Origin: an uncultured Gemmatimonadales bacterium
Lineage (GTDB): Bacteria > Gemmatimonadota > Gemmatimonadetes > Palauibacterales > Palauibacteraceae
Reading direction: 5' to 3'
Length of the DNA stretch: 64,000 nt
NCBI GenBank assembly: GCA_963783385.1
Contig: CAWANJ010000009.1
Coordinates: forward strand, 416,001 to 480,000
Shown here: one piece after another, positions 50,814 through 60,128 of the stretch
How positions within the stretch are numbered: position 1 is the stretch's first letter
How the letters are laid out: every line of letters starts with the position of its first letter
Notes under the pieces: generated by a model
The model's input: only the letters and a program-made list of their open reading frames with translations
Databases searched by the model: none
Told to the model about the DNA's origin: nothing
Made by a program: the position numbers and the translations under genes

Positions 50814-50986
50814 GGGTGACCTCCTCGAGTTCTGTGGGATGGCGTGCGACCGACCGCAACATGAGAAGAGCCGGTCCGACCGGCAATCGAGGGCCATCTG
50901 GTACGACCCTTGATCCGAACTCGGAGGACAGGGGGCCGGCGTGCCGCCGACCCACCACGACAGCGCGTAGAACAGGGGAGGGCCGG

Positions 50987-51754
50987 GTGGGCCGAGTCGA
51001 AGGAAAAGTGGCGGTGGTCACGGGCGCCGCGCTCGGGATCGGACAGGCGACGAGTCGGCTCCTGGCCCGGGAAGGCGCCTCGGTGGCGGTCACCGATATG
51101 CTCGCCGACGAGGGGCGGCGACTGGTCGGTGCCATCGAGGAGGCAGGGGGTTCGGCGCGCTTCTGGACCCTCGACGTCACGGACGAGGAGCGGATCCGTA
51201 CCGTCCTCGACGAGGTCGCGGAGGCGTTCGGAGGCATCGACGTGCTGGTGAACAACGCCGGCATTGCCGGCGAGACCGCCCCGACCGACCGGATTTCCGT
51301 CGAGGCCTGGGACCGGGTCATGGACGTCAACGTGCGGGGCGTGTTCCTGTGCACCAAGCACGCGATCCCGCACCTGCGGCGACGGGGGGGCGGCAGCATC
51401 GTGAACCTCTCCTCCATCTTCGGCCTCGTCGGGGGCCGGGACAACCCGCCCTACTACGCATCCAAGGGCGCGGTCCGGCTCATGTCCAAGGCCGATGCTC
51501 TGCAGTACGCGGAGGAGCGTATCCGCGTGAACTCGGTCCATCCCGGCTTCATCTGGACGCCCATGGTCGAGGGGTTCCTGCGTGCCTCGGGCGACGTCGA
51601 GGAGGGTCGGCGCAGGCTCGACCGACTCCACCCCGTGGGGCACGTCGGCGAGCCGGATGACGTGGCCTACGGGATCCTCTACCTGGCCTCGGACGAGTCC
51701 CGCTTCGTGACGGGCAGCGAGCTGGTGATCGATGGGGGCTACACGGCGCGCTGA
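50987..51754 (+). CDS. Short-chain dehydrogenase/reductase
   Basis: TGAALGIG, NNAG, YYASKG catalytic motif, IDGGYTA. Confidence 0.93.
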   Translation: MGRVEGKVAVVTGAALGIGQATSRLLAREGASVAVTDMLADEGRRLVGAIEEAGGSARFWTLDVTDEERIRTVLDEVAEAFGGIDVLVNNAGIAGETAPTDRISVEAWDRVMDVNVRGVFLCTKHAIPHLRRRGGGSIVNLSSIFGLVGGRDNPPYYASKGAVRLMSKADALQYAEERIRVNSVHPGFIWTPMVEGFLRASGDVEEGRRRLDRLHPVGHVGEPDDVAYGILYLASDESRFVTGSELVIDGGYTAR

Positions 51755-51808
51755 TGGGAGCCCGGGAAGGGCGGTCGCGCAGGTCGCTCGACGAGGGAGG
51801 AGCATCGC

Positions 51809-52816
51809 ATGAAGGCCATGGTGCTGGGGCGGATCGCTCCGATCGAAGAGCGGCCGCTCGAGCTGCGAGACGTCCCCGATCCCGTGCCGGGACGGGGCGA
51901 GATCCGGGTCCGCGTGCTGGCGTGCGGGGTGTGCCGGACGGACCTCCACGTCATCGAGGGCGACCTGCCCGCGCCGGACCTTCCCCGGGTGCCCGGCCAC
52001 CAGGTCGTGGGCGTCGTCGAGGCATCGGGGCCCGATTGCAGCCGCTTCGAGGCCGGGGACCGGGTCGGGATCGCCTGGCTTCGGGAGACGTGCGGCACGT
52101 GCGAATTCTGCCGAGCCGGCCAGGAGAACCTGTGCGAGTCGTCCCTCTATACCGGCTACCACGCCGACGGCGGCTTCGCCGAGCTCGCGATCGTGCGGGA
52201 AGACTTCGCCTACCGCGTCCCCGACGCCTTCGGCGACGTGGAGGCGACCCCGCTTCTGTGCGCCGGCATCATCGGGTATCGATCCCTGAAACGGGCGCGG
52301 CTGCCCGACCGGGGACGGCTCGGCCTGTTCGGGTTCGGCTCCTCGGCCCACATCGTCATCCAGGTCGCGCGGCACCGCGGCAGCGACGTCTACGTGGCCA
52401 CGCGGGGAGAGAGCCACCGCGCGCTGGCGCGGGAGCTGGGCGCGGTCTGGACGGGCGGCGCCTACGATCCCATTCCGACCCCGGTCCATTCCGCCATCGT
52501 GTTTGCTCCGGCGGGCGAGATCGTGCCGATCGCGCTGCGCTCGCTCCGGAAGGGCGGGACGGTGTCTCTGGCGGGGATCCACATGTCCCCGATCCCGTCG
52601 ATGGAGTACGAGCCCTGCCTCTTCCACGAGAAGACGCTGCAGAGCGTGGAGGCCAACACCCGGGAGGATGGTCGGGAGCTGTTACGGGAGGCGGCCGAGA
52701 TCCCGGTGCGCGCGTCGACGACGGTGTTTCCCCTGGAGGAAGCCAACGAGGCCCTCGTGCGCCTCAAGCACGACGGCATCGACGGAAGCGCCGTCCTCCG
52801 GGTCGCCAATGCCTGA
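51809..52816 (+). CDS. Zinc-dependent alcohol dehydrogenase family protein
   Basis: CGVCRTDLH, PGHQVVG, CGTCEFC..ENLC, LLCAGIIGYR. Confidence 0.93.
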   Translation: MKAMVLGRIAPIEERPLELRDVPDPVPGRGEIRVRVLACGVCRTDLHVIEGDLPAPDLPRVPGHQVVGVVEASGPDCSRFEAGDRVGIAWLRETCGTCEFCRAGQENLCESSLYTGYHADGGFAELAIVREDFAYRVPDAFGDVEATPLLCAGIIGYRSLKRARLPDRGRLGLFGFGSSAHIVIQVARHRGSDVYVATRGESHRALARELGAVWTGGAYDPIPTPVHSAIVFAPAGEIVPIALRSLRKGGTVSLAGIHMSPIPSMEYEPCLFHEKTLQSVEANTREDGRELLREAAEIPVRASTTVFPLEEANEALVRLKHDGIDGSAVLRVANA

Positions 52817-52849
52817 GGCGCCGCAGAGCCCGGGTCCGAGCGGGGCGCC

Positions 52850-53938
52850 TCAGTCCGTGGTCGAAGGCCGCTCGGAACGGGCCGGCACGCTGACGATCAC
52901 GCGCGCGCCCGCCCCGGGACCCGACACCACGGCCAGCGATCCGCCCACGGAACGCGCGCGCTCGCGCATCCCCAGCAGGCCCAGGCCGCCGCCCCCGTTC
53001 GTGCTCTCCAGCTCCGGCTCGAAGCCCCGTCCATCGTCGACGACGTTGAGCGTCACGCTGCCATCCCCGGTCTCGAGCTCGAGCCGGATGCGGCCCGCGT
53101 CGGCGTGTCGGACGGCGTTCACGAGCGCTTCCTCGGCCACGCGGTACATCGCCAGGGCGACCTCCTGCTCGAGCTCGGGCTCCGGCCCCTTCACCTCGAA
53201 CTCCACGGGCAGGCCCGCCTGGTCCGAGACGGCCCTCGCGTGGGCTCGCAGCGCCGGAACGAGCCCGAGCTCGCCCAGCTCCGGGGGGTGGAGCCGACGC
53301 GCCAGGCGGCGGACGAGCTCGAGGCTCTCGGCCGTTTCATCGCGGAGCCGTTCGAGATGACGGGCCCCTTCCACGCATGACGGCTCGAGGTCCACGGCCT
53401 TCCGCGCCAGCTCGACCCTCAGGAGGAGCGCGGCCAGGCGCTGGGCCGTGTCGTCCTGGAGCTCGGCCGCCAGGCTGCGCCGCTCGCGCTCGGCCGCCTC
53501 GAGCACACCCACGCTGAGACGGCGGAGTACGCGCTGGCCCAGGACCAGGCGTTGGAGCATGTCGTTGAACACCTGGATGAGGCGGCGCATGCCAGGATCC
53601 GCCATCAGGGAGCGGGGCGCTCGGGCTTCCAGGTCCCCGGCGTGGACGCGCTCGGCGGTCCGCTGGAGCCCGGACAGGGGCGACAGGGCCCAGCGCACGA
53701 GGATCCAGTTGATGGGCACGCACACCGCCAGCCCCACCCCGGCGGCCAGCCCGGCCGCGAACACCGGATCATGCTGGATCCGGGCCAGGAGCACGGCGAG
53801 GAGCGCGGTTCCGGCCACGAGGGCGCCGTTGGCTCCCAGGATCTTGAACGGGAGGGGAAAGCGAAGGAGCCGCGACGTCAGCCGGCGCAGGGTGGATGGG
53901 CCCGGCTCGGCACGTTTCGAAGACAGAACTTCAGGCAT
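52850..53938 (-). CDS. HAMP-HisKA_3-HATPase sensor kinase-like protein lacking the phospho-acceptor His
   Basis: Two TMs, HAMP, H-box ELQDDTAQ, EALVNAVRH, DDGRGF, GLGLLGMRER. Confidence 0.85.
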   Translation of the reverse strand: MPEVLSSKRAEPGPSTLRRLTSRLLRFPLPFKILGANGALVAGTALLAVLLARIQHDPVFAAGLAAGVGLAVCVPINWILVRWALSPLSGLQRTAERVHAGDLEARAPRSLMADPGMRRLIQVFNDMLQRLVLGQRVLRRLSVGVLEAAERERRSLAAELQDDTAQRLAALLLRVELARKAVDLEPSCVEGARHLERLRDETAESLELVRRLARRLHPPELGELGLVPALRAHARAVSDQAGLPVEFEVKGPEPELEQEVALAMYRVAEEALVNAVRHADAGRIRLELETGDGSVTLNVVDDGRGFEPELESTNGGGGLGLLGMRERARSVGGSLAVVSGPGAGARVIVSVPARSERPSTTD

Positions 53939-54069
53939 GCAGCCCAAGCTCGATGCCGGCGAGGGAGCGGTCTGTAAGGACAAACCGGGTCCACAATGTG
54001 GGGAGATCCCCGCCGCGTTCCGCGGCGGCCGTGGAAGCCCGGTGCCGGTCGTGCTACATTGCGTCGCCC

Positions 54070-55155
54070 ATGGCCGATACGCACGCCAGTACAGCCGACG
54101 CCGGGGCCGACGGGACGGTCCACGACAGCCTGTTCACGGCCGCGCAGTACAGGACCGTGTTCGAGGCGGCGCCCGACGGCATCATCATCGTGGATGGGCG
54201 TGGGCAGATCCGCGACGTGAACCCGAGAGCGGAGGCGCTGTTCGGGTATGCGCGCGACGAGCTGGTCGGGCAGCCGGTGGAGACGCTGGTCCCGGAAGCC
54301 GCCCGCGCCATGCACGAGCGGGACCGCGTGGCGTTCGTGGAGCAGCCGCAGGCGCGGCCGATGGGGATCGGCCTCGAGCTTCGAGGCCGGTGCAAGGACG
54401 GCGGGACGTTTCCGGTGGAGATCAGCCTCAGTCCGCTGCGCACCGCGGATGGTATCCTGGTGATCAGCATGATCCGGGACGTGACCCAGCGGCGACGCCT
54501 TCGGCAGTTCGGCTTCGGCGCCCTGCGGGCCGCGGAGGAGGAGCGGCGCCGGATCGCCCGGGAGCTTCACGACGATACGGCGCAGCGGTTGGCGGCGATC
54601 CTGCTGCGCCTGCGCCTGCTGTCCGCCGAGCGCACGGGCCCGGATCGAGACCGCCTGCTCGAGGAGATCCGGGCGGAGCTGGTCGAGGCGGCGGAGGCGG
54701 TGCGGAGGATCGCGCGCGGCCTTCGCCCCCCGGCGCTCGAGGACGTGGGAGTGGCCACCGCGATCCGGGCGCACGTGCGGACCCGTTTCTCGGAGGGGGA
54801 GCCCAGCGTGGAGATGGATCTCGCCCCGGTGGATGAGGTCCTGGAGGAAGAGGCCAAGCTCGTGTTGTATCGCATCGTGCAGGAGGCGCTCTCCAACGTG
54901 GAGCGGCACGCCGAGGCTTCGCGCGTGATCATCCGGATCAATGTCTCCGGGGACCACGTGCTGGCTGTCGTGGAGGACGACGGTCGCGGCTTCGATCCCC
55001 GGCAGCCGTCCCGCGACGACGGCCGGGGGCTGGGCTTGCTGGGCATGAGGGAGCGTGCCACCCTCGTCGGGGGGCACGTCGAGGTCGAGAGCGAGCCGGG
55101 CGCGGGAACCCGCATCCGTCTGCAGATACCGCTGTACGAGGGAGGAGCCACGTGA
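54070..55155 (+). CDS. Cytoplasmic PAS-HisKA_3 sensor histidine kinase
   Basis: PAS (FEAAPDGIIIVD..VNPRAEALFGY..KDGGTFPVEISL), ELHDDTAQ, EALSNVERH, DDGRGF. Confidence 0.93.
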   Translation: MADTHASTADAGADGTVHDSLFTAAQYRTVFEAAPDGIIIVDGRGQIRDVNPRAEALFGYARDELVGQPVETLVPEAARAMHERDRVAFVEQPQARPMGIGLELRGRCKDGGTFPVEISLSPLRTADGILVISMIRDVTQRRRLRQFGFGALRAAEEERRRIARELHDDTAQRLAAILLRLRLLSAERTGPDRDRLLEEIRAELVEAAEAVRRIARGLRPPALEDVGVATAIRAHVRTRFSEGEPSVEMDLAPVDEVLEEEAKLVLYRIVQEALSNVERHAEASRVIIRINVSGDHVLAVVEDDGRGFDPRQPSRDDGRGLGLLGMRERATLVGGHVEVESEPGAGTRIRLQIPLYEGGAT

Positions 55156-55808
55156 GCCAGGCCATCACCGTGCTGCTGGCGGACGATCACGCGATGTTCA
55201 GGTCGGGCCTGAAGGCGCTCCTCGAGGGTGAGGCTTCCATCGAGGTGATCGGCGAGGCCGCCACCGGCGACGAGGCCGTCGACCAGGCGCGGCGGCTGCG
55301 GCCGCAGGTCGTGGTCATGGACCTGTCAATGCCGGGTTCGGACGGCCTGGAGGCCACGCGCCGCATCACCGCGCTGGAGCTGGACACCAACGTGCTCGTC
55401 CTCACCGTGCACGCCGAGGAGGAGTACCTGGTGCCCGTCGTGCAGGCGGGCGCCAGCGGCTACCTCACCAAGACGAGCGCGGACCGTGACCTCGTGGAGG
55501 CCATCCGGGTCGTGGCCCGCGGCGAGGTCTACCTGCCGCCCCAGGCCACGAAGCTGCTGCTCCAGGAGTACAAGGCGGCCGAGGCCGACGAGGACACGAG
55601 CAAGCTGCAGCAGCTCAGTTCCCGTGAGCAGGAGGTCCTGGCGCTGACCGCGGAGGGCTTCAGCTCGCGCGAGATCGGCAAGAAGCTGTTCATCTCGCCG
55701 AAGACGGTGGACACCTACCGGTCCCGGATCATGAAGAAGCTGGGGCTGGACCACCGCTCCGAGCTCGTCCGCTTCGCCCTCCGGGTCGGTCTCCTCAAGG
55801 AGGTGTAG
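55152..55808 (+). CDS. NarL/NreC-family response regulator
   Basis: ADDH, VMDLSMP, GYLTK and LuxR HTH LSSREQEVL..ISPKTVDTYRSRIMKKL. Confidence 0.95.
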   Translation: MSQAITVLLADDHAMFRSGLKALLEGEASIEVIGEAATGDEAVDQARRLRPQVVVMDLSMPGSDGLEATRRITALELDTNVLVLTVHAEEEYLVPVVQAGASGYLTKTSADRDLVEAIRVVARGEVYLPPQATKLLLQEYKAAEADEDTSKLQQLSSREQEVLALTAEGFSSREIGKKLFISPKTVDTYRSRIMKKLGLDHRSELVRFALRVGLLKEV

Positions 55809-55908
55809 GCCGCGTCACCGGGACGCTCGGACGTGGAGGCCTGGAGGCCGCCGCGGCGGGTCTCGGACTGCGCCGCCTGGCCACGTACACGGAACCTCGG
55901 AGCTGACC

Positions 55909-56853
55909 ATGCTCGCGATCCGACACGTTCTCTACCCCACCGACTTCTCGGAGTCGGCCGTCGCCGCCCTCCCGCTGGCCGCACGACTCGCCCGGGCGCA
56001 CGGAGCCGATCTCCACGCCCTTCACGCCCTCGTGCTCCACGCCGCCAATGCGGTCGAGGCCGACAAGCTCTTCCCCAAGATGGAGGATGCCGTCGGCGAG
56101 CTGGACCGTTGGGCGGAAAGCCGCATGGAGGCCCACCTGGGCAAGCACGACGTCAGCGACCTCGTGGTGCACGAGGCCCGGGAGCGGGGCTTCTCGGCGG
56201 GCGCCGTGATCCTCGAGTACGCCGAGGCGTTCGACATCGACCTCATCGTCATGGGTACGCACGGGCGCCGCGGCCTCCGGCACCTGCTGATGGGGAGCAT
56301 CGCCGAGGAGGTGGTGCGGCGCTCGTCCTGCCCGGTGATCACGGTCCGGGAGCGGCCCCGGCTCGCCGACGCGCCGTGGCCCTCCCACCTGGTGGCACCG
56401 GTCGACTTCTCCGAGGCTTCCGACCTCGCCCTCGCCTACGTGAGGGAGCTCGCCGCCTCGAGCGGCGCCAGCGTCGACCTCGTGCACGTCATCGAGCCGG
56501 TGACCGTGCCGGACCCCTACATTACGGGCACGGCGGGCTTCGCGTTCGACGTCGAGGCGGTGCGCTCCAACGTGCAGGATGCGCTGGAGGAACGTGCCGC
56601 CTCGGTCCTCGGCGAGGACGTCCCGTGCGGGATCCACATCGACGTGGGGCGCCCGGCCGCGATGATCTCCGCCTTCGCCGAGGAGCGGGGGGCCGACCTG
56701 GTGGTGATGGCCAGCCACGGCCGAACCGGCCTGGAGCGCGCGCTGATCGGCAGCGTGGCGAGCGGCGTGATCCGGCGGGCCTCACCCCCCGTGATGATCG
56801 TCAAGCCATCTGGGCGTCAGCTCTTACCGTCTTCGACCTCCGAAACCACTTGA
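55909..56853 (+). CDS. Tandem universal stress protein
   Basis: PTDFS..DLIVMGTHGRRG..GSIAEEVVR; PVDFS..DLVVMASHGRTG..GSVA. Confidence 0.93.
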   Translation: MLAIRHVLYPTDFSESAVAALPLAARLARAHGADLHALHALVLHAANAVEADKLFPKMEDAVGELDRWAESRMEAHLGKHDVSDLVVHEARERGFSAGAVILEYAEAFDIDLIVMGTHGRRGLRHLLMGSIAEEVVRRSSCPVITVRERPRLADAPWPSHLVAPVDFSEASDLALAYVRELAASSGASVDLVHVIEPVTVPDPYITGTAGFAFDVEAVRSNVQDALEERAASVLGEDVPCGIHIDVGRPAAMISAFAEERGADLVVMASHGRTGLERALIGSVASGVIRRASPPVMIVKPSGRQLLPSSTSETT

Positions 56854-59641
56854 GGAGCTGCCCGGCCACGGTCGGCAGGACCCCGAGCCCGAAGATCACG
56901 GCGGCATCCCCGGCCGAAGGGACCTGCAGCCTGAGGACGTCCCGGAGGCCGGGCAGGGCGAGGGCGAGGGCGAGGAGGCCCAGCGACAGGAGACCGGCCG
57001 CCACCGCGAAGCGGTTCCGGAAGAAGCCGCCACTCCCGAGGATGCCCCCCACGCTCCGCGCGTTCCCGACGTGCAGCACCTGGGCGACCGCGAGGGTCAG
57101 GAAAGCCCGGGTAACGGCGGCGGCGTGCGTCCCTCCTCCGCTCGGGTCCCAGAAGAAGGCTGCCAGGGTGGAGCCCGTGATGAGGAGGGCGTAGAGCCCC
57201 ACCGAGCGCAGCAGGTGGGCGGAGAGGATGCCGGCGTCGGGGTCCCGCGGCGGACGGCTCATGATCCCGGCCTCGGCTGGCTCGAAAGCGAGCGCCAGAG
57301 CGGGGAAGGTGTCCGTCACCAGGTTCAGCCACAGGATCTGGAGGGGCAGGAGCGGCAGCGGCGAGCCCGCGAGACTGGCCACGAGGAGGACGAGGACCTC
57401 GGCCGCGTTACAGCTGAACAGGAAGAACACGAACTTGCGGACGTTGTCGAAGATGACGCGTCCCTCTTCGACGGCCGCGGCCACGGTCCGGAACCGGTCG
57501 TCCCGCAGCACGATGCCCGCGGCCTGCTTGGCCACGTCCGTGCCGCGGCGGCCCATGGCCACGCCAATGTCGGCCCGCCGCAGGGCCGCGGCGTCGTTGA
57601 TCCCGTCCCCGAGCATGGCCACCACGTCGCCCCCGCGGCGCAGGGCTTCCACGATGCGGTACTTGTCCTCGGGGCCGATGCGACTGTACACGGCCACGTG
57701 GGGAGCGCGGCGCGCGAGCGCGTCATCGTCCAGCCGGGCCAGGTCGCGGCCGTCGAGCGTCTCCTGCCCGCCCTCCAGCATGCCGAGGTCCCGTGCCACC
57801 GCCTCGGCCGTGAGACGCTGGTCCCCGGTGAGCATGAGGGTGCGGAGACCCGCCGCCCGGAAGCGGGCGATCGTCTCCTTCACGCCGGGAGCGGGCGGGT
57901 CCACGAGCCCCACGAGCCCGAGGAAGACGAGGGGACCCGTGGAGGGCTCGGCGGGGATGCCGTCCGGGGCGGGCTGGTCTGCGCTCGTTCCGGCGGCGTC
58001 CGAGCGGCGCGGCAGATCGGGCGCCCCGCCGTGGGCGAGGGCCAGCACCCGGAGGCCACGGCGGGCCAGCTCGGCGTTAGCTGCCAGGAGACGCTCCCGG
58101 TCTGCCGCCCCAAGCGGCCGGACCCGCTCCCCGTCTCGCCAGCGATCGCACGCCTCGATCACGGACTCGGGCGCCCCCTTCACCATCACCTCTACGCCGG
58201 CTCCGTCCGTCCGGCCGCCGGCCTGGTGGAAGGTGGCCATGTAGCGGCGCTCGGAGCTGAACGGGAGCTCGGCCACGAGCGGGTGCCGGGCGCGGAGCTC
58301 CGCGGGCTCGAGCCCCGCCTTCCGGGCCGCCACCAGCAGGGCGGCCTCCGTGGGATCGCCGCGGATCGACGGTCCGTTCTCGGAGTCGACCACCTCGGCC
58401 CGGTTGACGAGGGCTCCGACGACCAGTGCGAGGCGGGCGGCCGGGTCGGCGAGCGGATCGACGGCGCGCCCCGCGGTCCGGAAGGTTCCCTCGGAAACGT
58501 ATCCCCGACCGGTGACTTCGTACTCGCGGGCGGGCGTCCACAACACCGTCTCCGTCATTTCGCCGGCGGTGAGGGTCCCGGTCTTGTCGGTGCAGACCAC
58601 GGTCGCGGCGCCGAGGGCCTCGACCGCCGGCAGCCGCCGGACGACCGCGTTGCGCGCCGCCATGCGCCGCATCCCCACGGCGAGGGCGGCGGTGGCCACG
58701 ACCGGGAGTCCCTCCGGAACGGCGGCGACCCCGAGCGCCACGCCGGCGAGCAGCATCTGGCCCAGGGGCGCGCCCTGGGCGAGGCCGATGGCGGTGACCA
58801 GGGCCGCGACGGCCAGGGTGATCCACACCATGCGCTCGCCCAGCGCGTCGAGCCGCCGCTCGAGGGGCGCTTTCTCCCGCTTGGTCTCCAGGATGAGGCG
58901 TCCGACGCGGCCGACCTGTGTCGCCTCGCCGGTGGCGGTCACCACGGCCTCTCCGCTGCCGGCCGTGACCGTCGTACCCCGGTAGACCATGTCGACCCGG
59001 TCCGGGAGAGGCGTGGTCTCGGGCAGGACCGCCTCCGCCTCCTTGTCCACCGAGGCCGACTCGCCGGTGAGGGAGGCCTCGTCCAGCTTGAGCCCCGTGA
59101 CGGCCAGGAGCCGTGCGTCGGCCGCGACGGCGTCCCCCGCCTCCAGGAGGAGGAGGTCCCCGGGCACCAGCTCGCGGGCCGGTATCGAACGCTTCTCCCC
59201 GCCTCTGCGGACCCGGGCCGAGGGGGCCTCGAGTCGCAGGAGAGCCTCCATCGCGCGCGCCGCCCGCAGCTCGGTCACCAGGCCGAGAAGCGTGTTGATG
59301 AGGAGGACCACGCCGATGGCCGCGGCGTCGAGAGCGTCGCCCAGGAGGAAGGCCGCGGCGCCGGCGGCCACCAGGAGGTAGACGACCACGCTGCGCAGCT
59401 GGTCGCCGATGATCCTCCACAGGGGCAGGGGAGGGGCCTCGAGACCGCCGTTCGGCCCGATCCGCTCGAGCCGCCGGCGCGCCTCCTCCTCGCCGAGGCC
59501 GTCCGGACCCGAGCCGAGGGCGCGGGCCACCTCGGACGCGGGCCGCGCGTGCGGCGCCGCGATCAGCAGGCGGAGGGCGGCAGGATCCGCGTGGGCCTTC
59601 CCGGCCGGCGGTGGGTCCCCGTTCGGCACGGCGGAGGTCAT
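56801..59641 (-). CDS. Type II cation-transporting P-type ATPase (CtpF/PacL-like)
   Basis: LTGES, VPEGL, DKTGTLT, KGAPE, TGD, GDGINDAAAL, WLNLVTD. Confidence 0.95.
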   Translation of the reverse strand: MTSAVPNGDPPPAGKAHADPAALRLLIAAPHARPASEVARALGSGPDGLGEEEARRRLERIGPNGGLEAPPLPLWRIIGDQLRSVVVYLLVAAGAAAFLLGDALDAAAIGVVLLINTLLGLVTELRAARAMEALLRLEAPSARVRRGGEKRSIPARELVPGDLLLLEAGDAVAADARLLAVTGLKLDEASLTGESASVDKEAEAVLPETTPLPDRVDMVYRGTTVTAGSGEAVVTATGEATQVGRVGRLILETKREKAPLERRLDALGERMVWITLAVAALVTAIGLAQGAPLGQMLLAGVALGVAAVPEGLPVVATAALAVGMRRMAARNAVVRRLPAVEALGAATVVCTDKTGTLTAGEMTETVLWTPAREYEVTGRGYVSEGTFRTAGRAVDPLADPAARLALVVGALVNRAEVVDSENGPSIRGDPTEAALLVAARKAGLEPAELRARHPLVAELPFSSERRYMATFHQAGGRTDGAGVEVMVKGAPESVIEACDRWRDGERVRPLGAADRERLLAANAELARRGLRVLALAHGGAPDLPRRSDAAGTSADQPAPDGIPAEPSTGPLVFLGLVGLVDPPAPGVKETIARFRAAGLRTLMLTGDQRLTAEAVARDLGMLEGGQETLDGRDLARLDDDALARRAPHVAVYSRIGPEDKYRIVEALRRGGDVVAMLGDGINDAAALRRADIGVAMGRRGTDVAKQAAGIVLRDDRFRTVAAAVEEGRVIFDNVRKFVFFLFSCNAAEVLVLLVASLAGSPLPLLPLQILWLNLVTDTFPALALAFEPAEAGIMSRPPRDPDAGILSAHLLRSVGLYALLITGSTLAAFFWDPSGGGTHAAAVTRAFLTLAVAQVLHVGNARSVGGILGSGGFFRNRFAVAAGLLSLGLLALALALPGLRDVLRLQVPSAGDAAVIFGLGVLPTVAGQLLKWFRRSKTVRADAQMA

Positions 59642-59962
59642 CTAAGCGCCCGGCGACGCGCCTCCAGCTCCCGCTCGAGGCTGTCGCACACGATCTCGCA
59701 CAGGTCGAAGACCTCGGGCTCGGCGATCGAATAGAAGCTCCGTACGCCTTCTTTCCGGCGCTCGACCATCTCGGTGGCGACGGAGCACGGCCAGGTGCTT
59801 CGACACGTTCGCCTGGCTCGTGTCGAGCGCTTCGACGAGGTCGCTCACGGCGCGCGGCCCGTCCCGGAGCTCGTTGAGGAGCCGGAGCCGGGTGGGCTCG
59901 CCGAGCACTTTGAAGCGCGCGGCGACCATGTCGAGCGTCTCTTCGCTGAACGAGCGAGCCAT
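59638..59962 (-). CDS. ArsR/SmtB family regulator, split by one extra base at about 59773
   Basis: FKVLGEPTRLRLL..SQANVSKHL. Removing one base gives EMVERRKEGVRSFYSIAEPEVFDLCEIVCDSL..RALR-stop, whose TGA overlaps the ATPase ATG. Confidence 0.85.
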
Positions 59963-59986
59963 TCCTGCCTCCGGGGCCGCACGGGG

Positions 59987-60032
59987 TTGACGTGCCGCAT
60001 GAGAACACTAGATTACCATACGGTAATATAAT
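59987..60032. promoter_or_regulatory. Promoter with palindromic operator between arsR and tolC
   Basis: TTGACG-16-TAGATT; inverted repeat ATTACC-ATAC-GGTAAT (60012-60027); TATAAT at 60027-60032. Confidence 0.65.
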
Positions 60033-60128
60033 CGAAGGGACCGCCGGCGCCACTCCAGCGCCGGCACCGATCCAGGAGGAAGTGAACATGAGCGGCACGT
60101 GTCGGACGTATCACTACATGTGCATACA

